Shown: positions 10,008 through 19,601 of the stretch, piece by piece
Numbering within the stretch: the first letter of the stretch is position 1
Layout: every line of letters begins with the position of its first letter
Origin: Limnochordia bacterium
Lineage (GTDB): Bacteria > Bacillota > Limnochordia > Darwinibacteriales > DTU012
DNA: 64,000 bases
Direction: 5' to 3'
NCBI GenBank assembly: GCA_007116995.1
Contig: SKHL01000030.1
Location: 11,525-75,524, forward strand
Made by a program: the position numbers and the translations under genes
The notes under the pieces: generated by a model
Databases searched by the model: none
What the model saw: only the letters and a program-made list of their open reading frames with translations
Told to the model about the DNA's origin: nothing

Positions 10008-10550
10008 TTATTTTGTAAAATACTGTAGATAATTTAACGGGATAATTGAGAAAGACATATATCCTGTTAACGCATCTCTAACGTATGATTTCATATCTAA
10101 AGGGTTTATTCCCTGTCCCAATAGTTTCAAACTCATCTTACGTAATTCCCAAGGAGAAGAATCACCCGGCAAAGTATAACTCGTACTAGACCCATCGTTA
10201 TTAAGAAATACTACCGGAAGTATATTCAACTTAGTATCTAGACTCTTAAACTCCCTCGGAAATACATGCCTAATCTCTCTTCGTTGTACCGTCTGACTTA
10301 TTACCTTCTCCTCTAAATCACGACAGAATGTATCATCAATTAAGTCATCTAACTCACCCTTAAACTTAAATCTACTTCTAATGACCCCACTAGGTGTGAT
10401 ATTAACTCTAAACGAACCCCCAGACAGATCAATATAGATAACACTATAATTCTTTCCATAAATATACTGATGCTTATACTCTCTCAGATTAACCCAACAC
10501 ATAAAAGATATATGACCAAACTCCACATACCCTGTTACCAAGATTTGCAT
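10008..10550 (-). pseudogene. Paralog family member 3, with an in-frame TAG replacing a conserved Trp; N-terminally truncated or disrupted copy
   Basis: Upstream of ATG 10550 the same frame encodes (V)INEKTLSMICKVLNKKLINSHP-TAG-GEMQILVTG. This aligns to MVSNKILSLMCKVLDRRLQKGTPWQYMYVLISG of the next paralog, with TAG opposite W. TAG is a genuine stop elsewhere (verified at 3462 and 6882). A GTG with RBS GAGGTGAG lies at about 10615. Confidence 0.5.
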
Positions 10551-10652
10551 TTCACCCTAAGGATGAGAATTAATCAACTTTTTATTTAGTACCTTACATA
10601 TCATAGATAGAGTTTTCTCATTAATCACTGTCTCACCTCACTAACTGACTTA

Positions 10653-11351
10653 CTACTTCCATCCCAACCTCTTCTTCGCCTCTTTAAAATCAAGTATGTA
10701 TTCGTGATCATAATCTAAAAAAGCCATAGGTATGACAGCAAAAGATTCTGAATTGAACTCTCTAACCGCTCTGAATGAACTCATATCCAAGTAATTGTAC
10801 TTTTGTTTACTACTGTGAAACACCGGTGTACCTAATGTAAGTTTATCTAAACTCCCCACCGAAACGTCTCCCTTACCCGTTACATTTATCTGAGTCGCGT
10901 CATTCTTCAAAAACGCTACAGGAAGTAATTTCCTGTTATCTTCATAACTACTAAACTCAACAGGGAAAGGATTCCGAAATCCCCTCCGAACAACGTCCTG
11001 TCCTCCGATAAGTTTATTAACATTCGTACATAACTCATCATCTACCAACAGATCGAAGTCCAAACTATTAATCAGATAAGATCGTGTCATAGCATTACTC
11101 GGTTTAAGAGACGTTTTATACCTACTTCCTGTTAAATCCAGATAAATCATACTAAACTTATCACCTAACTGAAATAAGTGTTTTCTAGTCCGTAACTCTA
11201 CAGAACAGTTAATTGTTAGAGTCCCTAACTCAACCGGACTAGACCCATCCCTACCTGATATCAGTACATACATATACTGCCACGGTGTACCCTTCTGTAA
11301 CCTTCTATCCAATACCTTACACATCAATGATAAAATCTTATTGCTAACCAA
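10653..11351 (-). CDS. Paralog family member 4 (unknown function)
   Basis: 232-aa ORF sharing N-terminal and central blocks (SMIYLDLTGSRYK vs SVIYIDLSGGSFR vs SFIYMDVSSSSFD) with the three ORFs downstream. Confidence 0.6.
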   Translation of the reverse strand: MVSNKILSLMCKVLDRRLQKGTPWQYMYVLISGRDGSSPVELGTLTINCSVELRTRKHLFQLGDKFSMIYLDLTGSRYKTSLKPSNAMTRSYLINSLDFDLLVDDELCTNVNKLIGGQDVVRRGFRNPFPVEFSSYEDNRKLLPVAFLKNDATQINVTGKGDVSVGSLDKLTLGTPVFHSSKQKYNYLDMSSFRAVREFNSESFAVIPMAFLDYDHEYILDFKEAKKRLGWK

Positions 11352-11363
11352 ACCTCCACCACC

Positions 11364-11894
11364 CTATAAAACCAATTCAAAACAATTAAGGATAATATCT
11401 GACCTCCCCAGATACGAACCCTTCTGAGAAATCCAATCCTTATCCCTACCTAAAGTCTCTTTTATATACCGACCCTCAGAGTTATCTACCCCACTGAAAT
11501 ATGTGTAACAACTGTCTTTTTCTACATCTACGAAGAATAACACCAAACTATCCTTGTTACATAACCCAGCCACAGAACAAGAGGAGGCTATGACAGGCTT
11601 TTTAAACTTAACCCGTAGTAACCCTCCACTCAACAACTCTTCAATTTTATCTCTATCATAACTCCCCTTTATCGACTCGATAGACTCTACTTTAATTTTA
11701 ATACCACCAGAGATACACTGAATCACAAAATAGTTCCCCTCAAAGTGAAACCTCAAAGAATCCCGAAAATCCATTTTTATATTGACCTCAATAACAGAAG
11801 ACTTATACGCAATAGATTTCCGGAAGACACGAGACCGAATCTCCTCAATAAAAGAGTCTACAAAAGATACTCCCATACTAGATAAATATAACAT
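11364..11894 (-). CDS. Hypothetical protein
   Basis: 176-aa ORF; no domain recognised. Confidence 0.5.
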   Translation of the reverse strand: MLYLSSMGVSFVDSFIEEIRSRVFRKSIAYKSSVIEVNIKMDFRDSLRFHFEGNYFVIQCISGGIKIKVESIESIKGSYDRDKIEELLSGGLLRVKFKKPVIASSCSVAGLCNKDSLVLFFVDVEKDSCYTYFSGVDNSEGRYIKETLGRDKDWISQKGSYLGRSDIILNCFELVL

Positions 11895-11935
11895 ACCTAA
11901 ATTCCTCCACCTAGTCCTAAATTAACCTATCTATT

Positions 11936-12922
11936 CTATATATAGAATTCCGACCTAGCTATAGACGAAATTACTCCGTAGTAATTTTTCATAGTGAAAG
12001 GAAACCCAGCCGCATACGGATGACCCCCACCACCAAACTGACCGGCAACCTTACTTAAGTCAACACTATCTTCCAATTTATGAAACCCATTCCTCCGAAG
12101 AGAAACCGACAACCTATTCATGTTAATGATGAAAATAAACAAGAGTTCCTTATCCCTAGAGAACACATACTCCGCAGTCTCAGACGGATACTTCTCTGAA
12201 AACGCTAATCCATAGTATACCGGAACTTCATTCTCCCTTTTAAACTGAAACCGATATACCCTTACACCCTTCGTATGTTTATCTCGTATCTTCGTTAACG
12301 TACGAATAACCGCCTCTTCCACATCAGAAAACTCCACTACCGGATTCATAATAAACCGAGCACGAAAATCACATAAACCCAAATCCTTCAGAAGACAGTT
12401 TAATTTATCAATCTTCTCCTGAGAATCCAAATATTGTTGACTCGTTCTTCCCTTAGAATCCCATAAGTCCGTTAAATATACTAACTCATGATACCGTAAT
12501 AAATTTATCTTTAATCCCTCTAACTCTTCATTATTCTCACACTTACCTATAACCCAATTATACACCAATAACGACGCACTATCTCCCTCTCGTACACACA
12601 TCCAATCAAAGTCCAAATTTTTTCCATCAGAGCTTAAATTTTCCAACGCTGACTGATGATGATCTAATAACACCTTAGAATTAGGGACGGAATCCAGTCT
12701 CTCCGCTACTCTCCGACTCACACTAATATCACAAATAAAAATTGTAGTTTCTACATCATACCGATATGAATCTAAATACTCTTCAACCTTCTCATCTATA
12801 TCATGATACCCACAACTCTGAGAAGTGATTGTATACCCTAACCCATGATAATACTTATACGCTACCGTGTTTGAAACAATCCCGTCCAAATCAGTATGAT
12901 GAAAAATGATAACCTTAGACAA
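11936..12922 (-). CDS. DHH-DHHA1 phosphoesterase (NrnA / RecJ-core-like nanoRNase or exonuclease)
   Basis: DHH motif I HHTDLDGIVS, motif III LLDHHQS, and DHHA1 GGGGHPYAAGF near the C-terminus. Size (328 aa) is typical of NrnA-type bifunctional oligoribonuclease/pAp phosphatase. Confidence 0.8.
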   Translation of the reverse strand: MSKVIIFHHTDLDGIVSNTVAYKYYHGLGYTITSQSCGYHDIDEKVEEYLDSYRYDVETTIFICDISVSRRVAERLDSVPNSKVLLDHHQSALENLSSDGKNLDFDWMCVREGDSASLLVYNWVIGKCENNEELEGLKINLLRYHELVYLTDLWDSKGRTSQQYLDSQEKIDKLNCLLKDLGLCDFRARFIMNPVVEFSDVEEAVIRTLTKIRDKHTKGVRVYRFQFKRENEVPVYYGLAFSEKYPSETAEYVFSRDKELLFIFIINMNRLSVSLRRNGFHKLEDSVDLSKVAGQFGGGGHPYAAGFPFTMKNYYGVISSIARSEFYI

Positions 12923-12942
12923 TTAAAACCCTCCCTAGACTA

Positions 12943-13404
12943 TTATACGTTTAAACCTACTGTTTTATTCTTAATCACTTCTCTAGCATGAAAATGAGCT
13001 AGATCATGATATATATTTCCAGACTTAGACCTAACAAACCTAAACATGACATTTTTCTTACTCTTTATCTTAATAATTTGTCTCCACAAATCAGCATCCT
13101 TATACTCCGACGCAACACGCATACAATTACTCATACTGATTGTTCGTACAAAACTCAATGAATCTGTGTAAACCGTAGTAGGGTAATCTCCCACAGAAGT
13201 CAAAGCCCGGTAAATCGCAAATAACTCTACTCTGTGACTGTTTGTCAAAAACATCCTACCCCGACACACCCCTGAAAGTATCGTATCAATTTTTCCGTCT
13301 AATATTACAACAGCAGACCAGCCAGAACCTTGACCACCGTCTAACCGGCACCCATCAGTATAGATCTCCTGTCTGTCCACCCAAACCCCATCTAACACCG
13401 ACAC
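12943..13404 (-). CDS. rnh: Ribonuclease H (RNase HI fold)
   Basis: IYTDGCRLDGGQGSGWSAVV (D10 region), TNSHRVELFAIYRAL (E48), TDSLSFV (D70), and C-terminal HDLAHFHAREV (H124/D134 region). Confidence 0.8.
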   Translation of the reverse strand: MSVLDGVWVDRQEIYTDGCRLDGGQGSGWSAVVILDGKIDTILSGVCRGRMFLTNSHRVELFAIYRALTSVGDYPTTVYTDSLSFVRTISMSNCMRVASEYKDADLWRQIIKIKSKKNVMFRFVRSKSGNIYHDLAHFHAREVIKNKTVGLNV

Positions 13405-13409
13405 ACCTC

Positions 13410-13847
13410 CTACAACAACGATAATTCTGAGAAAAATAAGAATCTACAAGACACTACATGAGACTCCAACTGATTTATCTGTTCTTCAACCAGATTAATA
13501 AACACAGACTCCCCCGTATGTCTAAAAAACTCTACCTCCTCTTCTCCCGCATTTTCCTCCATTAAAATGTAGCACGCTTCGTCAACAGCCGCAAACATAA
13601 TCTCAAACCCACTAACACTCCCTGTCACATTACACACAATACTCCGAAACAAATCACCAATCTGAAACATGACCTCAACAGTATGCCTACTCTTAGTTAC
13701 CCTCTGAAGATTATATACCTCTGTAGTATAATACGGTAAAACCCACCCAGTCTCGAAACTATCCCCTCCAATATCCCTCATTGACCAACAACTTCTACAA
13801 AATTCAATCTTTTTTTCGCCTGTATCTCCACAACGAACACACGCCAC
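13410..13847 (-). CDS. Hypothetical protein (N-terminal CxxC...CxxC)
   Basis: 145-aa ORF, GTG start with strong RBS AAGGGAGGTAGGGGG; preceded by CCGTAT motif and hairpin 13902-13929. Confidence 0.5.
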   Translation of the reverse strand: MACVRCGDTGEKKIEFCRSCWSMRDIGGDSFETGWVLPYYTTEVYNLQRVTKSRHTVEVMFQIGDLFRSIVCNVTGSVSGFEIMFAAVDEACYILMEENAGEEEVEFFRHTGESVFINLVEEQINQLESHVVSCRFLFFSELSLL

Positions 13848-13901
13848 AAAACCACCCCCTACCTCCCTTTTACCTTTATATATAATAATACGGTATTAAA
13901 A

Positions 13902-13929
13902 GAGAACACTCCTACCCCGAAGTGTTCTC
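13902..13929 (-). terminator. Rho-independent terminator after gene 13953-14456
   Basis: 9-bp stem GAGAACACT/AGTGTTCTC then TTTTAATACCGTATT. Confidence 0.55.
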
Positions 13930-13952
13930 CTAGTAAAAAAGATCTGAAATCT

Positions 13953-14456
13953 TTACTTCTCTACCTTCAACTCAACTACATTGTCTTTCTCTTCTTTAAC
14001 AACTTCATCAACCACTTCATCAACCACTTCATCTACGACTTTCTTAAACTCTTCCTCTTTTTCTTTCTGTTCCATAGAAACCTTCTCAGAATCTTCCTTC
14101 GCCTTCTTAACCGCCTCAGCATAAATTCTTTGAGTCTCTTTATCAATATCATCCTTAGAAATAACGTCCTGAGAATCCAATAAATTCATAATAGCAGTCA
14201 ACTTCAAACTACTAGGGTATGTGAACCGTTGAAACAACTGATTCATGTCCTCACTAATGTAGTTCGTGATTTCTTTGATATTCGAAGAAACCTGTTCCAA
14301 CACCGAAATGAATTCCCCACGAGTAACCGGAGTGTTCAACTCCTCCTCACTCATATTCAACATATCAGGACTAACCCCAAGACTAACTTCCTTTTCCTTG
14401 TTTCCCTTTTTACCCTTGTTAATATCCGTTACCTTACCTTTACCGTTTTTTGTCAA
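13953..14456 (-). CDS. Hypothetical acidic protein with VVDEVV x3 repeat
   Basis: 167 aa. DNA 14000-14045 carries three tandem 12-nt units encoding VVDE. Lys-rich N-terminus. Confidence 0.5.
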   Translation of the reverse strand: MTKNGKGKVTDINKGKKGNKEKEVSLGVSPDMLNMSEEELNTPVTRGEFISVLEQVSSNIKEITNYISEDMNQLFQRFTYPSSLKLTAIMNLLDSQDVISKDDIDKETQRIYAEAVKKAKEDSEKVSMEQKEKEEEFKKVVDEVVDEVVDEVVKEEKDNVVELKVEK

Positions 14457-14483
14457 AGTAAAAACCCCTTTTCTAATCGTATT

Positions 14484-14681
14484 CTACAGACATGTCTCGT
14501 GACCACAACTCGTACACTTAATATGTATAAATTGAGTAGAACTTCCCACATGAAACGAACTACTACCACAAACACATACCAATGACCTAAGAACCTGTAT
14601 ATGTTTATTCTTAAACAACGTATGATTCTTAACCGATCTTAAATGAGAATCCAGTTCTAACATCTCCATCGTCTGACCCAA
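14484..14681 (-). CDS. Small Cys-rich (zinc-ribbon-like) protein
   Basis: 65 aa with CVCG...CTSCGHETC. Confidence 0.4.
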   Translation of the reverse strand: MGQTMEMLELDSHLRSVKNHTLFKNKHIQVLRSLVCVCGSSSFHVGSSTQFIHIKCTSCGHETCL

Positions 14682-14700
14682 ACTATAACCCCCTCACCTT

Positions 14701-15048
14701 CTACCCAAAGACTCTCTTCTTCTCGATTTCTTCATACTTGTCCAATATAAACCCGTAAACTTTACCCCACTCTTCTCCATGTCCGTCCCCACCAACAACA
14801 CCTACCACCAAATGAGCTAATTCGTGAGTAATGATATCCAACATGTCTAAATATGATAAATTGATATCCACAAAAATAACAGTAGTACTCCCATCATCCG
14901 GAAAAATAGTAACCCCATACCCGCCCCCTTCTATTTGTGGTACAAACTCAAATAGACAGTCTTTATCCGGGTATAACTCCTCAAACGCCTGAAAAACACT
15001 ACCCATGGGACTATTCAAAAACGTAATTCCCATGCCTACACCCCTCAC
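14701..15048 (-). CDS. Putative Zn-metallopeptidase (HExxH)
   Basis: ITHELAHLVVGVVGGDGHGEEW matches HExxH plus a downstream GHG..W third ligand, as in SprT/ImmA-like minimal metallopeptidases. True start probably the internal Met at about 15033. Confidence 0.5.
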   Translation of the reverse strand: MRGVGMGITFLNSPMGSVFQAFEELYPDKDCLFEFVPQIEGGGYGVTIFPDDGSTTVIFVDINLSYLDMLDIITHELAHLVVGVVGGDGHGEEWGKVYGFILDKYEEIEKKRVFG

Positions 15049-15053
15049 GAGTT

Positions 15054-15353
15054 TTATTTAAAAATAGTTGGAATATTTGTCTTCCACTCACTAAAGTCTG
15101 AGTCCGGATTCACCATAGTATACGTGATAGTTACTGTATACAAGATACTCCTATCAATTATAATATGAGAAAGTGATAAGTCAATCAAACTTACCACATA
15201 CGCATCTACCCTCTGCTGTAAAAAGTCATTCACTTTCTCTATTAATCCATCTAAATTAGACTCAGAATTACCATCCAAAGGCTGACTTTCCTGTATAATC
15301 TCAACTAGAACCCCTGTCACCCGACACACCCCCCGCACTCCAGCACATACCAC
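15054..15353 (-). CDS. Hypothetical protein
   Basis: 99-aa ORF; no domain. Confidence 0.4.
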   Translation of the reverse strand: MVCAGVRGVCRVTGVLVEIIQESQPLDGNSESNLDGLIEKVNDFLQQRVDAYVVSLIDLSLSHIIIDRSILYTVTITYTMVNPDSDFSEWKTNIPTIFK

Positions 15354-15694
15354 TCCGAAAAACTTAAAACATCACAGTCAATTAAATCTTCAGTATCTCC
15401 ACATAAGAAACCTAGTAAATACTTCCGATACAAATTATACGAATCAGCTAGTTCCACTAAAAAATCACCATGACACGCACTAGGGCTACACCAGCATCCC
15501 AACACCTTACCCTCTAACTCCTGTATAGAATCCATTAACTCATCCTGACCAAGTACCCAAACTTTATACTTTTCAATGACCTGATCCCGAGTACCATGAA
15601 CACCAATCGAAAACGGATTACCCCACTTAGACGGTCTCCCTATATACACATCATACTTCGACTTTTTAAAATGAACGACTCTATCCATACACAA
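15317..15694 (-). CDS. DUF4326-like small protein
   Basis: YDVYIGRPSKWGNPF...KVLGCWCSPSACHGDFL matches, from memory, the conserved blocks of the DUF4326 family found in phages and bacteria (G-R-P-x-x-W-G-N-P-F and G-C-W-C-x-P-x-x-C-H-G-D). Confidence 0.5.
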   Translation of the reverse strand: MCMDRVVHFKKSKYDVYIGRPSKWGNPFSIGVHGTRDQVIEKYKVWVLGQDELMDSIQELEGKVLGCWCSPSACHGDFLVELADSYNLYRKYLLGFLCGDTEDLIDCDVLSFSEWYVLECGGCVG

Positions 15695-15741
15695 CCACCT
15701 TCTGTATGTTACGAATTCTCTCCCTGTCTAGTACGTACACC

Positions 15742-15758
15742 CTTATATACGGAAAAAA
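15742..15758 (-). promoter_or_regulatory. CCGTATATA-class motif upstream of the DUF4326-like gene
   Basis: TTTTTTCCGTATATAAGGG following hairpin AAGTGGTT-GATTTT-AACCACTT. Confidence 0.5.
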
Positions 15759-15778
15759 GTGGTTAAAATCAACCACTT
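15757..15778 (-). terminator. Rho-independent terminator after the DEDDh exonuclease gene
   Basis: 8-bp stem AAGTGGTT/AACCACTT then TTTTTT. Confidence 0.6.
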
Positions 15779-16602
<824 letters not shown>

Positions 16603-16615
16603 ACGTACATACCCC

Positions 16616-17362
16616 CTATATATTTGTGATAGACTCCAACCGATACACGAAATAAAACCGAAGACCTTCCGTTAACTCCCCATTCTCATGAAGTTCTTCT
16701 ACAAACTCCACAAGATCAGAAAACTCTTCAACATCCCGTAACACCAACAACCGATCTACTACTTTAGAAATACCGTCTTTTGGATTACTCTCTACAGGAA
16801 ACTTCGTTCTAGGCTGAGGATTCACAGACACCTCCGCCCACTCCTCTTCTCTCCTCACTGTCTCCAGAATATTTTTATCTACTTCAAAATACGGATCAAT
16901 CCCCAACTCCGTCGCCTCAGAAATGTAGTCCACCAAAGGCTTACCAAACGTCGCCTCCAACCCACCCCGTAATGCCTCGATAAATCTCGGACCAGACCCG
17001 TAATTCTCCTTACAATGAAGATTCATTGACCTATGATGAATTACTAGTGTATTGTTTTCGTTCAATATAAACGGATAAATCATACAGATAATCGGCTTAT
17101 CCTCCATTGAAAACAGACAACCCTTTTCCATATCCAAGAAGTCACACATCCCGTTCTTACCAGCACGAGGCGGATAATACGACTGACTATGACAACACTT
17201 ACCACCACAAATCGTCTTAATCCCCTCTAGTGTACAGTTAAAACACCGATTCACCCACTTACTACTAACCTTCCATAACGTTACATCCCGATCCAGACCC
17301 ATATTTAATACCTCATTAATAAGATAGATAATTTCCTTCCGAAAAGACGTTTCTACATTCAA
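16616..17362 (-). CDS. YkgJ-family putative Zn/Fe-chelating (CxxCxxCC) protein
   Basis: CFNCTLEGIKTICGGKCCH ... CDFL...GC...KPIICMIYPF matches the YkgJ/FliB family (PF03692-like) Cys pattern. Confidence 0.5.
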   Translation of the reverse strand: MNVETSFRKEIIYLINEVLNMGLDRDVTLWKVSSKWVNRCFNCTLEGIKTICGGKCCHSQSYYPPRAGKNGMCDFLDMEKGCLFSMEDKPIICMIYPFILNENNTLVIHHRSMNLHCKENYGSGPRFIEALRGGLEATFGKPLVDYISEATELGIDPYFEVDKNILETVRREEEWAEVSVNPQPRTKFPVESNPKDGISKVVDRLLVLRDVEEFSDLVEFVEELHENGELTEGLRFYFVYRLESITNI

Positions 17363-17373
17363 ATATACCCCTC

Positions 17374-18162
17374 CTAGTTTTTTACGACCAGACTAGATAA
17401 ATGAGTCCGATAAAATGTTTCCCTATCCAGTCTCCCATCCCCATCAATCTCTCTAAAGAATACCTTATCCTCTAACTCTCCAATATCCTTATCCCCACTA
17501 TATATCGGCAATACTTCTACCACACAGTCTTTATTTACTCTCTTTAATCGTTTCTCCGACACCTCAAGTCCCCTAGCCCCAGCACTATCATTATCAAAAC
17601 AGAGTATAAAATGATCTGTCAATGTCTTTAAAACCTCACCCATCATAACACTAACTGAACTAGTCATAATCGCTAAGGTATTAGGGTAAAGACTTCTAAG
17701 TACATCAGCATCATAAATACCCTCTGAAATAACCAAAGTATCCCCATACGTAAATGACTCCTCGAATAAGTCTAACCCATACGGACAAGGAAATAGAGAA
17801 AGATCAATGAAATCTTTCCCCACCAACGACCGAAACACACAAGATATCGGCTTATCTGATAGTGTATTAAAGACAACCAAAAACACCCCATTATCATTCA
17901 CGAAGTCCCGTAAGTACTTCGACACAGACGCAAAAACCTCTAGACGATAAAAATCAGCTACCGTACCAATCCGATAGTTACGATATCCCCTCTTAACCGC
18001 CAAGTCACAATATTTATTTGACATTACCCCAATATCTAACTTTGAATCGTCAAACTCCTGAACAAGAGACAAGTTCCTATAAAGTAAATCCATAACCTGT
18101 CTCCGAGAAAGAAGTTCTCTATCTTTCTTCCTGTTCACATACTTCATAGGATCTATCTTCAT
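17374..18162 (-). CDS. Toprim-domain protein (primase-like catalytic core lacking a recognisable zinc finger)
   Basis: Toprim motifs ISEGIYDADVL (E-x-G) and ILCFDNDSAGARG (D-x-D-x-x-G). The true start may be an internal Met (about 18093, RBS GGAGACAGG), which would remove overlap with the small ORF 18119-18316. Confidence 0.6.
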   Translation of the reverse strand: MKIDPMKYVNRKKDRELLSRRQVMDLLYRNLSLVQEFDDSKLDIGVMSNKYCDLAVKRGYRNYRIGTVADFYRLEVFASVSKYLRDFVNDNGVFLVVFNTLSDKPISCVFRSLVGKDFIDLSLFPCPYGLDLFEESFTYGDTLVISEGIYDADVLRSLYPNTLAIMTSSVSVMMGEVLKTLTDHFILCFDNDSAGARGLEVSEKRLKRVNKDCVVEVLPIYSGDKDIGELEDKVFFREIDGDGRLDRETFYRTHLSSLVVKN

Positions 18163-18316
18163 AAGAATACCTCTCCTGTCTTAATCTACTCCGAGCCCTT
18201 TTATGTACCTGAGTTTTAGACCGACCCTTTTTTCGTTTCGTCAAAGGAGTACAACAAAGACACCTATACCCACCAACACCAATATCCTTAACCTGAGCTT
18301 TCTGGAAGTAATCCAA
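18119..18316 (-). CDS. Small basic Cys-containing protein (TTG start); tentative
   Basis: 65 aa, TTG start with RBS AGGAGGG 7 nt upstream, located between ssb and the Toprim gene. Confidence 0.3.
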   Translation of the reverse strand: MDYFQKAQVKDIGVGGYRCLCCTPLTKRKKGRSKTQVHKRARSRLRQERYSYEDRSYEVCEQEER

Positions 18317-18327
18317 CTGAATCCCTC

Positions 18328-18798
18328 CTAGAAAATTTCCTCCCCGTAGATATCATCCAATGTTTCCGTATCCTCAGTCTTTTTGTCTGACTCCTCATAC
18401 GCCTGAATAGCGGCACGAACATCACTCGAAGATTCTTGATTATATTCCACCGGATCAGACTCCACTTCCGGTTCTCTATCAATACCCTCCACAAAATCCA
18501 AAAACCGAACAGAATTCGCCACAACCTCAAAACTATTAGGGATAGACCTTCCATTCTTCACCCTAGCTCGTAATCGACCATCAACGAGTATGTGTCTACC
18601 CTTCTTTCCGTACTTCAACATATAATCCGCTATACCCTTAAACAGTATAACATCTATAAACTCATACCTATCATCACATAGTTCTTTGAAGTCTTTTTTG
18701 ACTGATACCCTCATCTTAGCCATACTAGAACCCGACTTCGTTTCAATCAGAGAAGGCTCATACAGAATCAAACCCTCCAAGATAATCTTATTGATCAT
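18328..18798 (-). CDS. ssb: Single-stranded DNA-binding protein (OB fold with acidic C-terminal tip)
   Basis: MINKIILEGLILYEPSLIETKSGSSMAKMRV... resembles the bacterial SSB N-terminal OB fold. The C-terminus is acidic, ending DDIYGEEIF (SSB-Ct DDIPF-like). Confidence 0.8.
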   Translation of the reverse strand: MINKIILEGLILYEPSLIETKSGSSMAKMRVSVKKDFKELCDDRYEFIDVILFKGIADYMLKYGKKGRHILVDGRLRARVKNGRSIPNSFEVVANSVRFLDFVEGIDREPEVESDPVEYNQESSSDVRAAIQAYEESDKKTEDTETLDDIYGEEIF

Positions 18799-18810
18799 TT
18801 TTACACCACC

Positions 18811-19125
18811 CTAAAAAAGACTCATGTCGGGTAGGAGAATCTTGTCTCCTACCCGTACCACAGAAGTATCTCTCATACCATTAACCACTCGTATCGCATG
18901 AACAACCTCTCTTGAGTCATGACCAGAATAATGTTGTCTCGCAATACTCCACAAAGATCCCCCATCACCAACATACATAAATCCAACCACATGACTATCC
19001 GTTAGAAGTATATTGAAAGATCTATTCACACGTTCCTCCAACACACAGAACAGAAAATGACCAATACTCACGATAAAAGCTGCAAACACCAAAACCAAAA
19101 ATAGTACCACTAACCCCCTAAACAT
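18811..19125 (-). CDS. Membrane-anchored LysM-domain protein
   Basis: N-terminal TM (LVVLFLVLVFAAFIVSIG), then LysM-like VVGFMYVGDGGSLWSIARQHY...VNGMRDTSVVRVGDKILLP. Confidence 0.6.
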   Translation of the reverse strand: MFRGLVVLFLVLVFAAFIVSIGHFLFCVLEERVNRSFNILLTDSHVVGFMYVGDGGSLWSIARQHYSGHDSREVVHAIRVVNGMRDTSVVRVGDKILLPDMSLF

Positions 19126-19156
19126 TTTAAAATCCCCTCTCTAATTTATGTATTTG

Positions 19157-19507
19157 TTAGATAGATAACCTAATAGACACATTAACCTTACTATCATCGT
19201 CTCGACTATCTAAAAACCCGATCAGCCCTAAAATCTCTTCAGACAAGTTTTTAGCAGTATATTCTCCACTAAGAGTAATATTCAGACCCCTAGCCAACCC
19301 TCCCGTTTCAGTATCCACCGTTAGAACAGTCCTATTTTCATCTGTATCTACTACACCTCTTTTTTCTTTATCTCTGTCTTTTTTTCTTTGTTGCCAATCA
19401 TTCTTCATATAATTTACACCCCGGTCAAGACCCAAAACAACTTCACCGTTCAATTTTTTAGGTATATCAATAGGACGTTTCTTTGCTACCACAGTTCTCG
19501 ACCCCAT
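19157..19507 (-). CDS. Hypothetical protein
   Basis: 116-aa ORF; no domain. Confidence 0.45.
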   Translation of the reverse strand: MGSRTVVAKKRPIDIPKKLNGEVVLGLDRGVNYMKNDWQQRKKDRDKEKRGVVDTDENRTVLTVDTETGGLARGLNITLSGEYTAKNLSEEILGLIGFLDSRDDDSKVNVSIRLSI

Positions 19508-19601
19508 TTCTAAACCTACCCTACTACTCCCCTAATCCTTTATACGGAATTCCCACCAAAAAAAGAAGTGAATTAACCACTTTAGAAAAAAATTTCATCT
19601 A

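Noticed and set aside
10550-10620. Programmed TAG readthrough or an alternative genetic code for the interrupted paralog
   Set aside because: TAG is used as an ordinary stop at several well-defined gene ends (for example 3462 and 6882), and a good RBS plus ATG lies two codons downstream. A simple TGG-to-TAG point mutation or base-call error is more parsimonious.
18288-18554. ORF 18288-18554 overlapping ssb in another frame, and similar nested ORFs (41913-42251 inside 41824-42267; 24965-25159 inside the MTase; 61568-61792 inside the ABC fragment; 14266-14502)
   Set aside because: They are entirely embedded in longer ORFs with clear domain content, have no independent RBS context, and have biased composition. 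They are treated as spurious.
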